Assembly (NCBI GenBank): GCA_963836075.1
Contig: CAWIIB010000009.1
Location: forward strand, 1,600,001 to 1,664,000
Length of the DNA stretch: 64,000 nt
Direction: 5' to 3'
DNA from: an uncultured Acidobacteriota bacterium
GTDB taxonomy: Bacteria > Acidobacteriota > JAQAZP01
A program made the translations under genes and the position numbers. The notes beneath the pieces are model-generated. The model had not been told where the DNA came from. It made no database searches and saw only the letters and a program-made list of their open reading frames with translations. Every line of letters begins with the position of its first letter. Position 1 is the stretch's first letter. Positions 7,719 to 19,165 of this stretch are shown piece by piece.

Positions 7719-10460
7719 TTGATCCAGCGACTGATGATATCTGTTCTGCTACTGCTGCTGGCGGCCTCCGCGGCTCCCGCTGTCCGGGGTGCCGCCGTCA
7801 CCTGTGAAGAGGTTGAACTGGAAGGTGTGCACAGCTTTCGTCTGGACAATGGCCGTCTGACCTGCACGGTGTCGCTGGACGCTGATCGTTTGTTCCTTGA
7901 GCGGCTGTCGCTGGGGGATCAGGCCTTCATCGAGACCAACGGCGGTTTCGCCGTCGACCTCTTCTGGACCGGCTGGCGGGCTCCGGGCATGGTGAACAAC
8001 GCCGAGAACCCGGTCACCCTCACTGCCGGTGATTTCCGGCTGGTCAGCCACGACACCGCCGATCTCCCCGGCGGCGGCCGCCAGCTGACCCTGTTGCTCC
8101 AGCTGCCGGAGAGCGGCCTGCAGGCGCGCCTGAGTTACCGTCTCGACCCGGACGACTTTTTTATCCGTCGCCGGCTGTCCCTGGCCGATGCCGATGACCG
8201 GGGGCACTTCCTGCACCAGGTCTGGCCGCTGGCTTGCACGGTGCGTTCCCCGGGGGGCGTCACCGTGGTCAAACCGGGCGGGTTCGGACAGCCGGCGGCC
8301 CTGGGCTGCGGGAGATCAGGGGGCGCCTTCTTCGGCCTGGAATACCCTGCAGCGCAGAACAGTGCCGAGCAGGACGGGAAGGACGCCCGGGTCAGCTGCG
8401 GCCAGTTGATGGGGCAGAGGATCGGTCCCGGCGGGGTGGAGAGTGAGTGGGCGGTGCAGGGGCTGACCCCCGATCCGCACCTCAGGATCTGGTTCCACCG
8501 CTATCTCGATTCGGTTCGCGTTGCTCCGCTGCGACCTTACACGCTCTACAACAGCTGGTATGACCTGCGGGCCCCGGAGATGGTGGAGGACGAGGCCAAC
8601 GTGATGAACGGGCCCAACATCGAGCGGATCATGTCCTCGTTCCGCCGGCAGCTTCTTCAACCCTATGGCGTGGGCCTGGACGCCTTTGTCCTCGATGACG
8701 GCTGGGATGTCTACCGCAGTGACTGGGTGCTGCGGGACGAGCAGTTCCCCCACGGGCTGGGACCGGTGTCCCGGGCCCTGGCCGCTGACGACACCGATCT
8801 GGGAATCTGGTTCGGTCCCACCGGCGGCTATTCCCACCGTGACTGGCGGCTGGAGTACATGCGCGCCAACGATTACGAGCTGGTGGGTGACCAGCTCTGC
8901 CTCGCCGGGGAAAAATACCGGCAGCTGTTCAAGGAGCGGGTGGTGGAGATGGTGGCCGGCCACGGCGTGGGCTATTTCAAGTGGGACGGCATCCAGTTCT
9001 CCTGCAGCGAGCCGGATCATGGTCACGCCACCGGGCTCTATTCCCGGCGGGCGGTGCTGGAATCGGTGATCGACATCTGTCAATCGGTGCGGGTAGAGAA
9101 CCCGGAGATCTTCCTCAACGTCACCTCGGGCACCTGGCTCAGCCCCTGGTGGACCCGTTACGCCGACACCATCTGGATGCAGGGCTACGACTACGGCTAT
9201 TCCGACGTGCCCTCGATCAGCCGCCGCGACCGGGCCATCACCTACCGCGATTACGTGCTGTATGACGGCCTGGTTAAAAACGACTTCTGGTTTCCCATCG
9301 CCAACCTGATGACCCACGGTATCATCAAGGGCGACCTGCAGAAACTGGGCGGGGAAGCCGAGCCTCTGGACAAGTTCACCGACAATGCCCTGCTCTACGT
9401 CGCCCGAGGCGTGGCGATGTACGAACTCTACGTCTCGCCCGACCTGCTGAGCGACGGGGAGTGGGAGGTCATCGCCCAGTCGATCCTCTGGGCCAGAGAC
9501 CGCTTCCCGATCCTCGACTCCACGGTGATGATCGGTGGCGACCCCGGGAAACGCGAGGCCTACGGTTACGCCCATTTCGAAGGGGACCGCGGCATTCTCG
9601 CCCTGCGCAACCCTTTTGCCGAAACCCGGACTCTGGAGGTGACCATCTCGCCCGAGCTGGGTCTGGATGCTGAGGCGAGGGATCTGGTGCTGGACCGGGT
9701 CTACCCCACCCGGCTGATCCAGCCGGCGCTCTACCAGAGCGGGCTGACCCTGCTCCTGGAGCTGCAGGGATACGAAACCGCGGTATACGAGATGTACCCG
9801 CTGGCTGAGGCCGCCGGCCCGCTGCTGGCCGGGGCGGTCCACGAGGTGGTGCAGCAGACCGACGAGCGGCTGACTGTGCGCTGTCTCGATTCAGCTGTGG
9901 CCACACTGCTCAATCCCGAAACGGTCAGCGCCGTGATCCACGAGGGCCGACAGGTGGATCCGGCCACCTTCCGCCTCCCGCTCCAGGAGCATTCCCCCAG
10001 CGGGGAGTATTTTGGCGCAGCGGTGGAAGGCGGCCCGGAAACTTGGGAGGTGGTGTGGGACATACCGCAGGGGACCGATATTGACGGGGACACCGTGGCC
10101 CTGCTCTGGGAGCCGGAGGAGGGTGCCGGGCCCGTTGAGTCCGGGCCGGCGGTCACCGCCTTTGTGGACGGGGAGCCGGCGGAACTGTCCGTTGAAGAGC
10201 AGACCGGCCGCTGGTCGTGGCACAAGCTGGAACTGGATGGTGAATGCTCCCGGGTGGAATTCCGTCTCGCTCCCGGTGATGGAGAAGGCCCGGTGACCGG
10301 GAAGGTGATGAACTGCATCCACCACGTGTATCGTCCGGAGGGGCGGGAGATCACCTTGATTCTCAAAGAGCCGCCGGCACACCGGCCCATGCCGCCCAGC
10401 CCCCGGCCCGCCGGTGAGTTGTGGTATTGGGTGGATCTCGGCTGGCAACATCTGCGCTGA
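7719..10460 (+). CDS. Secreted clan GH-D glycoside hydrolase (GH27/GH36 alpha-galactosidase-like)
   Basis: Signal peptide; YNSWY, FVLDDGW, YFKWDG motifs; TTG start with GGAGG RBS. Confidence 0.75.
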   Translation: MIQRLMISVLLLLLAASAAPAVRGAAVTCEEVELEGVHSFRLDNGRLTCTVSLDADRLFLERLSLGDQAFIETNGGFAVDLFWTGWRAPGMVNNAENPVTLTAGDFRLVSHDTADLPGGGRQLTLLLQLPESGLQARLSYRLDPDDFFIRRRLSLADADDRGHFLHQVWPLACTVRSPGGVTVVKPGGFGQPAALGCGRSGGAFFGLEYPAAQNSAEQDGKDARVSCGQLMGQRIGPGGVESEWAVQGLTPDPHLRIWFHRYLDSVRVAPLRPYTLYNSWYDLRAPEMVEDEANVMNGPNIERIMSSFRRQLLQPYGVGLDAFVLDDGWDVYRSDWVLRDEQFPHGLGPVSRALAADDTDLGIWFGPTGGYSHRDWRLEYMRANDYELVGDQLCLAGEKYRQLFKERVVEMVAGHGVGYFKWDGIQFSCSEPDHGHATGLYSRRAVLESVIDICQSVRVENPEIFLNVTSGTWLSPWWTRYADTIWMQGYDYGYSDVPSISRRDRAITYRDYVLYDGLVKNDFWFPIANLMTHGIIKGDLQKLGGEAEPLDKFTDNALLYVARGVAMYELYVSPDLLSDGEWEVIAQSILWARDRFPILDSTVMIGGDPGKREAYGYAHFEGDRGILALRNPFAETRTLEVTISPELGLDAEARDLVLDRVYPTRLIQPALYQSGLTLLLELQGYETAVYEMYPLAEAAGPLLAGAVHEVVQQTDERLTVRCLDSAVATLLNPETVSAVIHEGRQVDPATFRLPLQEHSPSGEYFGAAVEGGPETWEVVWDIPQGTDIDGDTVALLWEPEEGAGPVESGPAVTAFVDGEPAELSVEEQTGRWSWHKLELDGECSRVEFRLAPGDGEGPVTGKVMNCIHHVYRPEGREITLILKEPPAHRPMPPSPRPAGELWYWVDLGWQHLR

Positions 10461-10486
10461 GACCTGCCGGCGGCACCAGTTCGCTT

Positions 10487-10515
10487 TTGACAACCTGTCG
10501 GGGATAACCTATATT
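10487..10515 (+). promoter_or_regulatory. Sigma70-type promoter for mltF
   Basis: TTGACA-N17-TATATT. Confidence 0.7.
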
Positions 10516-10526
10516 TTTTTAAGAAC

Positions 10527-12206
10527 ATGTCTTGCCTATGGCTTTTCAGAGCGAAAGTGTGCCCGGATTTCGTCCATGGCCGGGGGGGCGGTGTCCTGCG
10601 GCGGGGTTTGCCCGCGGTTCTCCTGTTCCTCGCGGTCCTTTTGTCACACGTCGGCTGCCGGCCGCCGGCAGAAGAGAACCCGGCCCCGGCCAGCCCGGTG
10701 GCCGACCTGGAAGAGATCATAGCCCGGGGCAAGCTGGTGGCCGCCACGGGGTACGGAGCCACCAGCTACTTCATCTACAAGGGCCGCCCCATGGGGTTCG
10801 AGTACGAGCTGCTGGAGCGCCTGGCCCGCCACCTGGATGTGGACCTGGAAATCCTGATCCTGCGCGACATGGACCGGATGTTCGAGATTCTTGAGCAGGG
10901 CGAGGCGGACATCATCGGTCTCGGGCTGACGGTGACCAAGGCGCGGGCGGAGAAGATCTCCTTCACCACCCACCACAACGAAATCCGACAGGTGCTGGTG
11001 CAGCGCAAGCCGTCCAACTGGCACCAGTTGAAACTGCACGTTATCGACGACACCCTGGTGCGCAGCCCGGTGCAGCTGCTGGGCAAGAGCGTTCACGTAT
11101 GGGGCGGGTCTTCCTACTACGCGCGGCTCCAGAACCTGGCCGAGGAACTTGGCGGTGACATCCAGATCGTCGAGATGCCGGGCAGCCTTTCCACTGAGGA
11201 CCTGATTGCCATGGTGGCCAATGGTGAAATCGACTACACGGTGGCCGACGAGAATATCGCCCTCATCGCCCAGGCCCACCACCCCAACATCGACGTGCGC
11301 ACCGCGGTGAGCCTGTCCCAGCGCATAGCCTGGGCGGTGCGCCAGCGTTCGCCGCTGCTCCTCTCGGCGGTGAACCTCTGGATGGAGGAGGAGAAGAAGA
11401 GCCAAGCCTTCAACGTCATCTACAACAAGTATTACCGCAACCGTTCGGCCTACCGGGCCCGGGCGGAGAGCCCATACTACAGTGCCGCCGGGGGCAAGAT
11501 CTCCCGCTGGGACGACCTGGTCCAGGCCCGGGCCGACGAGATCGGCTGGGACTGGCGCCTGCTCTCTTCCATGATCTACCAGGAATCGCGCTTCGATCCC
11601 GCGGAGCAGTCCTGGGCCGGGGCGGCGGGCCTGATGCAGCTGCTCCCCGAAACCGCGGCCCGGTTCGGCATCCACAATCTCTACGATCCGGAGGCCAACG
11701 TCGAGGCCGGCACCCGCTACCTTGCCTGGTTGGAGAAGATCTGGGAGGAACTGGTCCCGGAGGCGGGGGAACGGACAAAGTTCATTCTCGCGTCGTATAA
11801 TGCCGGGACAGGCCACGTGCTGGACGCCCGGCGGCTGGCCCTGAAATACGGCCGCGACCCCAGCCTCTGGGACGGGCACACGGCCGAGTTCCTGCTCCGC
11901 AAATCGCAGCGGCAGTATTTCAACGATCCGGCGGTGCAGCACGGCTACTGCCGGGGCCAGGAACCGTTCGACTACGTGGTGGAGGTTCTGGAGCGGTACG
12001 AACATTACAAACGGCACTGGCCGGCCCGGCCCGGCGCCGCCGACGGCGTGGTGGGCGCGCCGGGGCAGCCGGTGCTGCCCGACCCGCTGACCACGGTGGT
12101 TCCCGAACCGGCTGGTCCTGCAGGAGAGGCAGAACCGGCCGATAAGAATGGTGCGGACCACGGCAACCCCAGTCACCCGATTGAAAGCGGACACGCAGAC
12201 CGATGA
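10527..12206 (+). CDS. mltF: Membrane-bound lytic murein transglycosylase F (SBP family 3 + SLT domain); exact start uncertain
   Basis: GFEYELL, YQESRF catalytic Glu, AAGLMQL, ASYNAG. Confidence 0.88.
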   Translation: MSCLWLFRAKVCPDFVHGRGGGVLRRGLPAVLLFLAVLLSHVGCRPPAEENPAPASPVADLEEIIARGKLVAATGYGATSYFIYKGRPMGFEYELLERLARHLDVDLEILILRDMDRMFEILEQGEADIIGLGLTVTKARAEKISFTTHHNEIRQVLVQRKPSNWHQLKLHVIDDTLVRSPVQLLGKSVHVWGGSSYYARLQNLAEELGGDIQIVEMPGSLSTEDLIAMVANGEIDYTVADENIALIAQAHHPNIDVRTAVSLSQRIAWAVRQRSPLLLSAVNLWMEEEKKSQAFNVIYNKYYRNRSAYRARAESPYYSAAGGKISRWDDLVQARADEIGWDWRLLSSMIYQESRFDPAEQSWAGAAGLMQLLPETAARFGIHNLYDPEANVEAGTRYLAWLEKIWEELVPEAGERTKFILASYNAGTGHVLDARRLALKYGRDPSLWDGHTAEFLLRKSQRQYFNDPAVQHGYCRGQEPFDYVVEVLERYEHYKRHWPARPGAADGVVGAPGQPVLPDPLTTVVPEPAGPAGEAEPADKNGADHGNPSHPIESGHADR

Positions 12207-15200
12207 AAGACGGTAAAAAAACAGAGAACACACGAGGCGCCGAAGCCGCTCTGCGGGAAGGGGAGCGTGCCGCCCGGGCCTTGATCGACGCCCAGCACGA
12301 ATCGGCATTCCTGCTGGAGCTGGACGGCACCCTGGTCACGATCAACGAGACGGCGGCTCGGCGGATGGGCGGCAGCCCGGAGGAACTGGTGGGCCGGAAT
12401 ATCGCCGAACTCATGCCCCCCGACGTCCAGGAGCAGCGGATGGCCGTGGCCCGGGAGGTGGCGCGCACCGGCAAAGCGGTGCGTACAGTGGATTTTCGTG
12501 ACGGTATCTGGTTTGATTCCACCATCTACCCCGTGTTTGACGAAAAAGGCCAGGTGGTGCGCTGGGCCGTTTTTGCCCGTGATGTCACCGTACGCAAAAC
12601 CGCCGAACTCAACCTGAAGCGGAGAGAGGCGGTGCTCCAGGCCATCAGTTTTACCGCCAAGAGCCTGCTGGAACCCGGCGCAATAGAGGACCGTCTTCCG
12701 GAAATTCTCCGCCTGCTGGGTGAGGCCCAGCAGGTGAGCCGGGCCTGGGTGATCAGGATCCGGCCCGGGGCCGACGGTGAGATCTTCGCCCGGCTGACGC
12801 ACCAGTGGTGTGCGCCAGGTATCGAATCGACACTGGGCCGACCTGATTACCAGGAGTTCCCGCAGATCGCGTCGGGCTATGGGCGCTGGGTGGATTTGTT
12901 CTCTGCGGGGGAGGCGGTTCACGGGCTGGTGAGCGAGTTTCCGGAGAACGAACAGCCGTTGCTGACGCGGATCAACATCAAGTCCCTGGCCGCCTTCCCC
13001 ATCATGGTGGGCGGATCCTGGTGGGGCGCCATCGGATTTGACGAGGATGTGCAGGACCGGACGTTCACCGCGGCCGAGCTGGATACCCTGGCCACGGCGG
13101 CCGAGATCCTCGGTGCCGCCATCAACCGGCGGGAGACGGAGCAGCTCCTCTGGCTCCAGCGGGACGTGGCCTTTATCCTGGCCTCCGCCGGGGGCATGGG
13201 GCAGACCATGGGCCGCGTACTGGACATCCTGGCCGCCTTCGACTGGGTGGACGCCGCCGGCCTCTACCTGGCAGACGAGGAGACGGGCGTGCTCCAGCTG
13301 GTGGTCCACCAGGGCGTCGGGCCGGACTTCGTGAAAGCGGCTTCTCCGGTCAACCCCGGAACCGAAGAGTATGACCTGATGTCCCCGTCCGAGCCGCGCT
13401 ATCTCACCATCGAAAATCTTCCTCCTTCCGAGCCGATAACGCCCCTGCAGCAGAGCGGTCTCAAGGCCATGGCCTACCTGCCGGCCTGGTCGGACGGCAA
13501 GCTCGCCGCGGTGATGGTGCTGGGATCCAGGCAGCAAGAGGTGGTCCCCCCGGCGCTGATGGACAGCCTCGATATCGTTTGCTCCCAGGTGGGGGATCAC
13601 ATCGGCCGTCTGCGGGCCGAGGATGCCATGCGGCGGTCGGAGGAGAAGTTCCGCGCGCTGGCCGAGGAGTCGATCCTCGGTATCGCCCTCTTCCGGGATC
13701 TCCGCTTTGTTTTTGCCAACATCGCTTTTGCACGGATTTTCGGGTACACCGCGGAAGAGTTGATGGCCATGGAGCCGAAAAAAATCCGCAAGCACATCCA
13801 CCCCGAGGACCGCAAGATGGTCTTCGATCGGATGGCGGCCCGCCAGGCGGGGGAGGACGTACCCCAGCAATACGAGTTCAGGATAATCCGGCGGGACGGT
13901 TCCGAGGGTTGCGTGGAGACGTCGGCCAACCGGGTTCTTCACGGTGGCCGACCGGCGGTGCAGTCGATGATTACCGACATCACCGAGCGGAAAATGGCCG
14001 AGCGCGCCCTGAGGCAGTCGGAGAGCAAGTTCCGCACCCTGATCGAAAAATCGATCCAGGGGCTGATGGTGATCCAGGACGCGAAGATAGTGCTGACCAA
14101 CGAGGCGTTCGCACGGATGATCGGCTACACCGTGGATGAACTGCTCGCCCTGCCGCCGGGAGCCATTGACTGCACCATTCACCCGGATGACCGGGACGAG
14201 ATCATGGCCCGGTTGCGCAAGAGGCTGGAGGGCGGGGAAGAACCGAGGCACTACAAGGCCCGGGCACTGCACAAGGACGGTCACACGGTCTGGGTGGACG
14301 TGGTGAGTGACATCACCGACTATGGCGGGCGGCAGGCCACCCAGGTGCTGACCGTGGACATCACCGAACAGAAAAAACTGGAGGACCGTATCCTCCAGGC
14401 GCACAAGATGGAAGCGGTGGGCCGGCTGGCCGGCGGAGTGGCCCACGACTTCAACAACCTGCTCACCGCCATCCGCGGCTATGGCAAATCGCTGGCCCGC
14501 AAGGTCGAGCAGGCGAACCCGCTGCGCGAGGAGGTTGACGAGATCTGTTTCGCCGCCGACCGTGCCGCCTCGCTGACCCGGCAGCTGCTCTCCTTCAGCC
14601 GCAAACAGGTGACCCGGCCCGAACTTGTGCATCTGAACCAGGTGGTGATCGACATGGAGGGTCTGCTGCGCCGCCTGATCGGCCGGCGGATCGAGGTGGC
14701 GACCAGCCTGGGCAAGGGGCTGGGAGCGGTGAGGGCCGACCGCAGCCAGGTGGAACAGGTCCTGATGAACCTGGTGGTCAACGCCCGGGACGCCATGGAC
14801 GGCCGCGGCCGGCTGGAGCTCAGAACCGAGCAGGTGGAACTGGATCGCTACGCGGTGGCCGAGGCGCCGGGGGCCGCGGCCGGGCCCCATGTCCGGCTGT
14901 CGGTCACCGACAGCGGGGTGGGGTTGAACAAAGACGACCTGCCCCATCTCTTCGAGCCGTTTTTCAGCACCAAGGGGCCGGGCCGGGGTACCGGTCTGGG
15001 CCTGTCGGTGGTCTACGGGATCGTGCAGCAGCACCACGGCCTGGTGGAAGTGGAGAGTGAGCCGGGCCGGGGCACACGCTTTGACATCTACCTGCCGGTG
15101 GCGCTGGACCAAGACGCGGGGGACGTGGCCGCCACCCCGGCGGCCCGGCTGGAAGGACGGGGAGAGAGACTGCTCCTGGTGGAGGATGAGGAAGCCGTCC

Positions 15201-15535
15201 GCAAACTCGTTGTGTCCACCCTCTCGGATGCCAACTACAAGGTGGTCAGCGCGGGGAGTGCCGAGGAGGCCCTGGCCATCTATGAAGGCCGCCGGGAACC
15301 CTTCGACATGCTGCTCAGCGACGTGATTCTCCCCGGCCTCAGCGGCGTCCAGCTGGTGGGCGAACTTCGTGACCGCGGGTCCGACATCAGGGTGGCGTTG
15401 ATCAGCGGCTTCACCCTCGACGAGGAGCACCAGCAGTATATCGAGGAGCACCAGCTCAACCTGCTGCCCAAGCCCTTCAACGGCGAGGAGCTGCTCGCTT
15501 TCCTCAGGCCCCTGCTGCCGGACAAACAGCCTTGA
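12203..15535 (+). CDS. Cytoplasmic hybrid sensor histidine kinase (PAS/GAF, HisKA, HATPase, receiver)
   Basis: [11 protein letters not shown]-box, [21 protein letters not shown]-terminal LLVEDE...SDVILP receiver. Confidence 0.95.
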   Translation: MKDGKKTENTRGAEAALREGERAARALIDAQHESAFLLELDGTLVTINETAARRMGGSPEELVGRNIAELMPPDVQEQRMAVAREVARTGKAVRTVDFRDGIWFDSTIYPVFDEKGQVVRWAVFARDVTVRKTAELNLKRREAVLQAISFTAKSLLEPGAIEDRLPEILRLLGEAQQVSRAWVIRIRPGADGEIFARLTHQWCAPGIESTLGRPDYQEFPQIASGYGRWVDLFSAGEAVHGLVSEFPENEQPLLTRINIKSLAAFPIMVGGSWWGAIGFDEDVQDRTFTAAELDTLATAAEILGAAINRRETEQLLWLQRDVAFILASAGGMGQTMGRVLDILAAFDWVDAAGLYLADEETGVLQLVVHQGVGPDFVKAASPVNPGTEEYDLMSPSEPRYLTIENLPPSEPITPLQQSGLKAMAYLPAWSDGKLAAVMVLGSRQQEVVPPALMDSLDIVCSQVGDHIGRLRAEDAMRRSEEKFRALAEESILGIALFRDLRFVFANIAFARIFGYTAEELMAMEPKKIRKHIHPEDRKMVFDRMAARQAGEDVPQQYEFRIIRRDGSEGCVETSANRVLHGGRPAVQSMITDITERKMAERALRQSESKFRTLIEKSIQGLMVIQDAKIVLTNEAFARMIGYTVDELLALPPGAIDCTIHPDDRDEIMARLRKRLEGGEEPRHYKARALHKDGHTVWVDVVSDITDYGGRQATQVLTVDITEQKKLEDRILQAHKMEAVGRLAGGVAHDFNNLLTAIRGYGKSLARKVEQANPLREEVDEICFAADRAASLTRQLLSFSRKQVTRPELVHLNQVVIDMEGLLRRLIGRRIEVATSLGKGLGAVRADRSQVEQVLMNLVVNARDAMDGRGRLELRTEQVELDRYAVAEAPGAAAGPHVRLSVTDSGVGLNKDDLPHLFEPFFSTKGPGRGTGLGLSVVYGIVQQHHGLVEVESEPGRGTRFDIYLPVALDQDAGDVAATPAARLEGRGERLLLVEDEEAVRKLVVSTLSDANYKVVSAGSAEEALAIYEGRREPFDMLLSDVILPGLSGVQLVGELRDRGSDIRVALISGFTLDEEHQQYIEEHQLNLLPKPFNGEELLAFLRPLLPDKQP

Positions 15536-15539
15536 CCTC

Positions 15540-18169
15540 TCAGGAGACGTTTACCGCCACCCGCTTCAGCGGAGCGCCGCTGACCTCGGCGAACCAGTTG
15601 ACCCCCTCGCAGAGCAGGTCCAGCTCCAGGGTGTAGGCCCCGGGTTCGGCGGGGCAGCCGATGCGCATCTCGATGTCCGCGGTCTCCCCCGGGCCGAGGG
15701 CCCCGGGCAGGGCGGTGTGCAACCCGTCGTGGACCACCACCTGCCCCGCCGGGTCGAGCCAGTGGTAGGAGAGGCGCACCGAGGGCAGCCCCCCGGTGGC
15801 CCAGGTGGCCGGGCCGCGGTTCTCCAGGGTCACCGTGACCACGGTTTCCTCTCCGGCAGGGAAGCCGGCCGGCAGCCGGGTGCCGGTGACCGCTGCCCGG
15901 TAGTAGTCTTCGCTCATCCACTCCTTGCCCGCGCCCGGTGCGGATTCGGCCACCGTAACCCGGTAGCGGGGGAAGCGGTCACCGGCCCAGGTGGAGAACC
16001 AGGAGGCCCCCGGGCAGACCAGGTCGGGTTGGAAGAGATAGTCGCCCGGATCGTCCGGCAGACGCACGGCCATCTCCAGGTCGATGAGCCCGCCGCCGGC
16101 GGTGACTTCCCGGAGCGGCGTGCGCAGCCCGTCCCAGACCACCCGCTCTCCGGTATCGTCAAACCAGTGGTAGGAGAGCTGTACTGGGGTTCATGTCCTC
16201 TTCCCGCCAGCGGTACGGCGAGGCATTGACCACGCGGACCGGCAGGCTGGTCATCCCGCCGGCCCCGGCCGCAGCCAGCCGGCTCGGGACGTCCTCACCC
16301 GGTTCCACGGAACCGCGGTAGAACCGGGGATTGTCCTCCCGCGTCCCGTTGCCCAGATACTCCACCCGGCAGCCGAGGTAGCGCTTGTCCCGGCTCTCCG
16401 GGTCCTCCAGCCAGGGCAGGGTCCCCACCCGGGTGCTGAAGGTCAGGGTGTAGAACCAGTATGGCTCGTAGCGGTAGGCCAGCGGCACCTTGACCAGCGT
16501 TCCCCGGGGTTTGAAGACACGGAAGTGCGGGTCGTTGTCCGGGTTCAGTTCGGGGTCTTCCAGGACCGTCGACCCGTCGGCCCAGCCGCCACTGATCTCC
16601 ACCTCCGGGTCGGAGACGTGAAAGACCATCCGCTCCAGGGGTACCGGCGAGGCGTAGAGCACCCGGGTGGTCGATTCCCCGCGCATCCAGAACCAGGGAT
16701 CACCGTCTTCGTAGTAGGCGTTGTCGTCCATCAGCCGCACCCGGGTCCCGCCGTGCCAGTAGACCCGGTACCCCGGGATGTAGCGCAGGGTGACCTCGTA
16801 GGGCAGCAGTCGGAACACCGGGTTCCTGGTGTGCGCCTGCAGGGTGGGCCGGTGGGTCACCGCCCCGAAGGGGGTGAAGATCAGCTGGGAAAGGAAGAGA
16901 CCGGCCACGGCCCAGCTGGCGACCAGCCAGCCGCGCCCGGGCGGCAGGCGGCGGAGGAAGAAGAAGGCCGGGTAGGAGAAGACAAAGTAGCGGTTGCCGA
17001 TGAAACCGCCGCCCCCCTGGTAGTTGTGGGGCATGAGGATGAAAAAGAAGAGGGCGTGCCCGACGATGGCCAGCAGCAGCCAGAGCCGCCAGGGGTCGCG
17101 CCGCCGGCGCTCGGCCAGCAGACCGGCGAGGCAGACCAGCGAGGGGAAGAAGTAGACGAAGATTCCGGTGTGCCGCCCCACCAGGTAATAGATCGAATTG
17201 TAGAACAGCTTGGCCGGGTCGAGGTGGTAGCGGAGATTTCTTCCGGCAAGGGTCCAGCCCTGGAACTGCTCCTTTTTGCCGGTTTTACCCACCCGGGTCC
17301 AGAGCGCTTCGGCGTGGATGCTGGCCGGGATAGCCGCTCTGGTGGTCAAAGGAGCGGCGGTCGCCGACGTAGGGCGACCAGCCTCCGCCGGCGATCCGGG
17401 AGATCCCGTGGTACGCGCCGGCGGCCAGCAGGATGAAGACGGCGGCCACCACCAGCTTCCGGGCGCTGCCCCGGCCCCGCGGCCGCACTCCGGCCAGCAG
17501 CAGAGGCAGAAACAGGATGCTGATCGGCTTCAGCGATGCGGCCAGGGCCAGGAACCCGGCGGCCAGCGCGATGCGCCAGACCGGGTTTCCGCTGGTCTTG
17601 TCGCCCGCTCCCGTGCTCATGCCGGTGATGGGGTGCAGCGGCGGGAAGGCGAAGTAGCAGCCGCAGAAGACGATGAAGATATTCAGCACTTCGGGCTGCA
17701 GCCAGAAGGCGTAACAGAACGAGGCGCTGAGCAGAAAAAAGGTCAGGGCAAAGGCCAGGGCGCGGTTCCGGTCGCTCTCGTCCGCGGCGCCCCGGGCCAG
17801 GTAGCGGTACCCCAGGGCGGACATGATCAGCAGCAGCAGCAGATTGAGAAAGACGAACCCCCGCACGCCCAATACGAGATAGAAGGGCACGGCCAGCAGG
17901 GAGTAGAGATACGGTTTGCCGTAGTAGACCGTCTCCCCGCCGTCGACGGTCTTGAGGATCACCCCCTCCGGCCCGTTGGGCCAGTCCTGCCAGGTGCGCT
18001 CCAGGTCCTGGAGGGTGAAGCGCAGGTCGCCGTCCCGGGCCAGGCTCTCGGTCATCATGTAGTAGCCGGCCTCGTCGGCGATGAAATACCCGGGGAGCTT
18101 CCCCTTGCTGGCGGTGGCCCCCAGCAGCAGCAGAAAGAGGGAGAGGCAGATGAAAACGGTTTTGCGCAT
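15540..18169 (-). CDS. Multi-TM GT-C-like glycosyltransferase with two C-terminal Ig-like repeats; split by two +1 frameshifts (~17310-17350 and 16186-16189)
   Basis: ADExxY early-loop motif, GGGGFIGNRYF; removing one base of the GGGG at 16186-89 restores NPVQLSYHWFDDTGERVVWDG, matching the second repeat VRLSYHWLDPAGQVVVHDG. Confidence 0.7.
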
Positions 18170-18265
18170 GATTCTGTTTCCTCGTGGGGTGATGATATAG
18201 AACGGCTTTTCGTTTGGCAACGAGGGGGATTCCGGCTGGACGGTTCACTGTGATATGTTTGCCAC

Positions 18266-19151
18266 ATGATTTCCGTCATCATTCCCAGCTACAACTCGCC
18301 CGGCACCATTGCCGCCTGCCTGGAGTCCCTCCTGGCGCAGGAGACCGCCGTAGAATTCGAGATCGTGGTGGTGAACAGCTCGGACGACGACACCGCGGAA
18401 CTGGTCCGCAGCCGGTTCCCGGCGGTGCAGGCGGTCCAGTTGCCCGGGCGGGTTTTTGCCGGCACCGCCCGGAACAGGGGGGTGGAGCATTCCCGGGGGC
18501 GAACTGCTGGCCTTCATCGATGCCGACTGCACCGTTTCCCCACACTGGCTGGAGCAAATCGCATCCCGTTTTCGCGAGGGGCGCCAGGCGCTGGGCGGGG
18601 CCATCGTCGACGGCAGCCCCACCATCTGCAGCCGGGCCGAGTATCCCCTGGAGACCATCGACTTCGCCCCGGGCAACGCCATGCGGGAGGTGGGCTTCGT
18701 CTCTTCGGCCAACTGCGCCTTCTCCCGGGACCTGTTCACCGCCCATGGCGGGTTCCCGGATATCCGGGCCGGGGAGGACATGGTCTTCTGCAGCCGCCTG
18801 GCCGCCGCCGGGGTGCCCCTGCTCTTCGATCCGGAGATCCGGACATCACACCACAACCCGGTGCGTTTCAAGGCCTTTGTCCGCAAGCAGCTGATGCACG
18901 GCGAGCACAGTTACCGGGTGCGCCGGGAAGCGGACCTGCCCGGCTCGTTTCTCAACAACCGTCTGCTGCTTCCCTTCCTCCTGCCCTTCTTTCCCCTGAT
19001 CCGGGCAGTGCGGGTGGCCGGGCGGTCGCTGACCCTCCGTAACGGTTTGATTCGTGATATCATTCTCACCTTCCCCCTCTTTTTTCTTGGCTGTCTCTGC
19101 TGGAGCGCCGGGTATGCCAGGGGATACATCGGCGACCTGTTTTTGGACTGA
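18266..19151 (+). CDS. GT2 glycosyltransferase; +1 frameshift in G5 run 18495-18499
   Basis: ISVIIPSYN, ARNRG, then FIDADC and GED in the next frame. Confidence 0.85.
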
Positions 19152-19165
19152 GTAGAGAGTCGATC

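Noticed and set aside
18495-18499. Phase-variable poly-G tract in the GT2 gene
   Set aside because: Only five G, too short for a typical contingency locus
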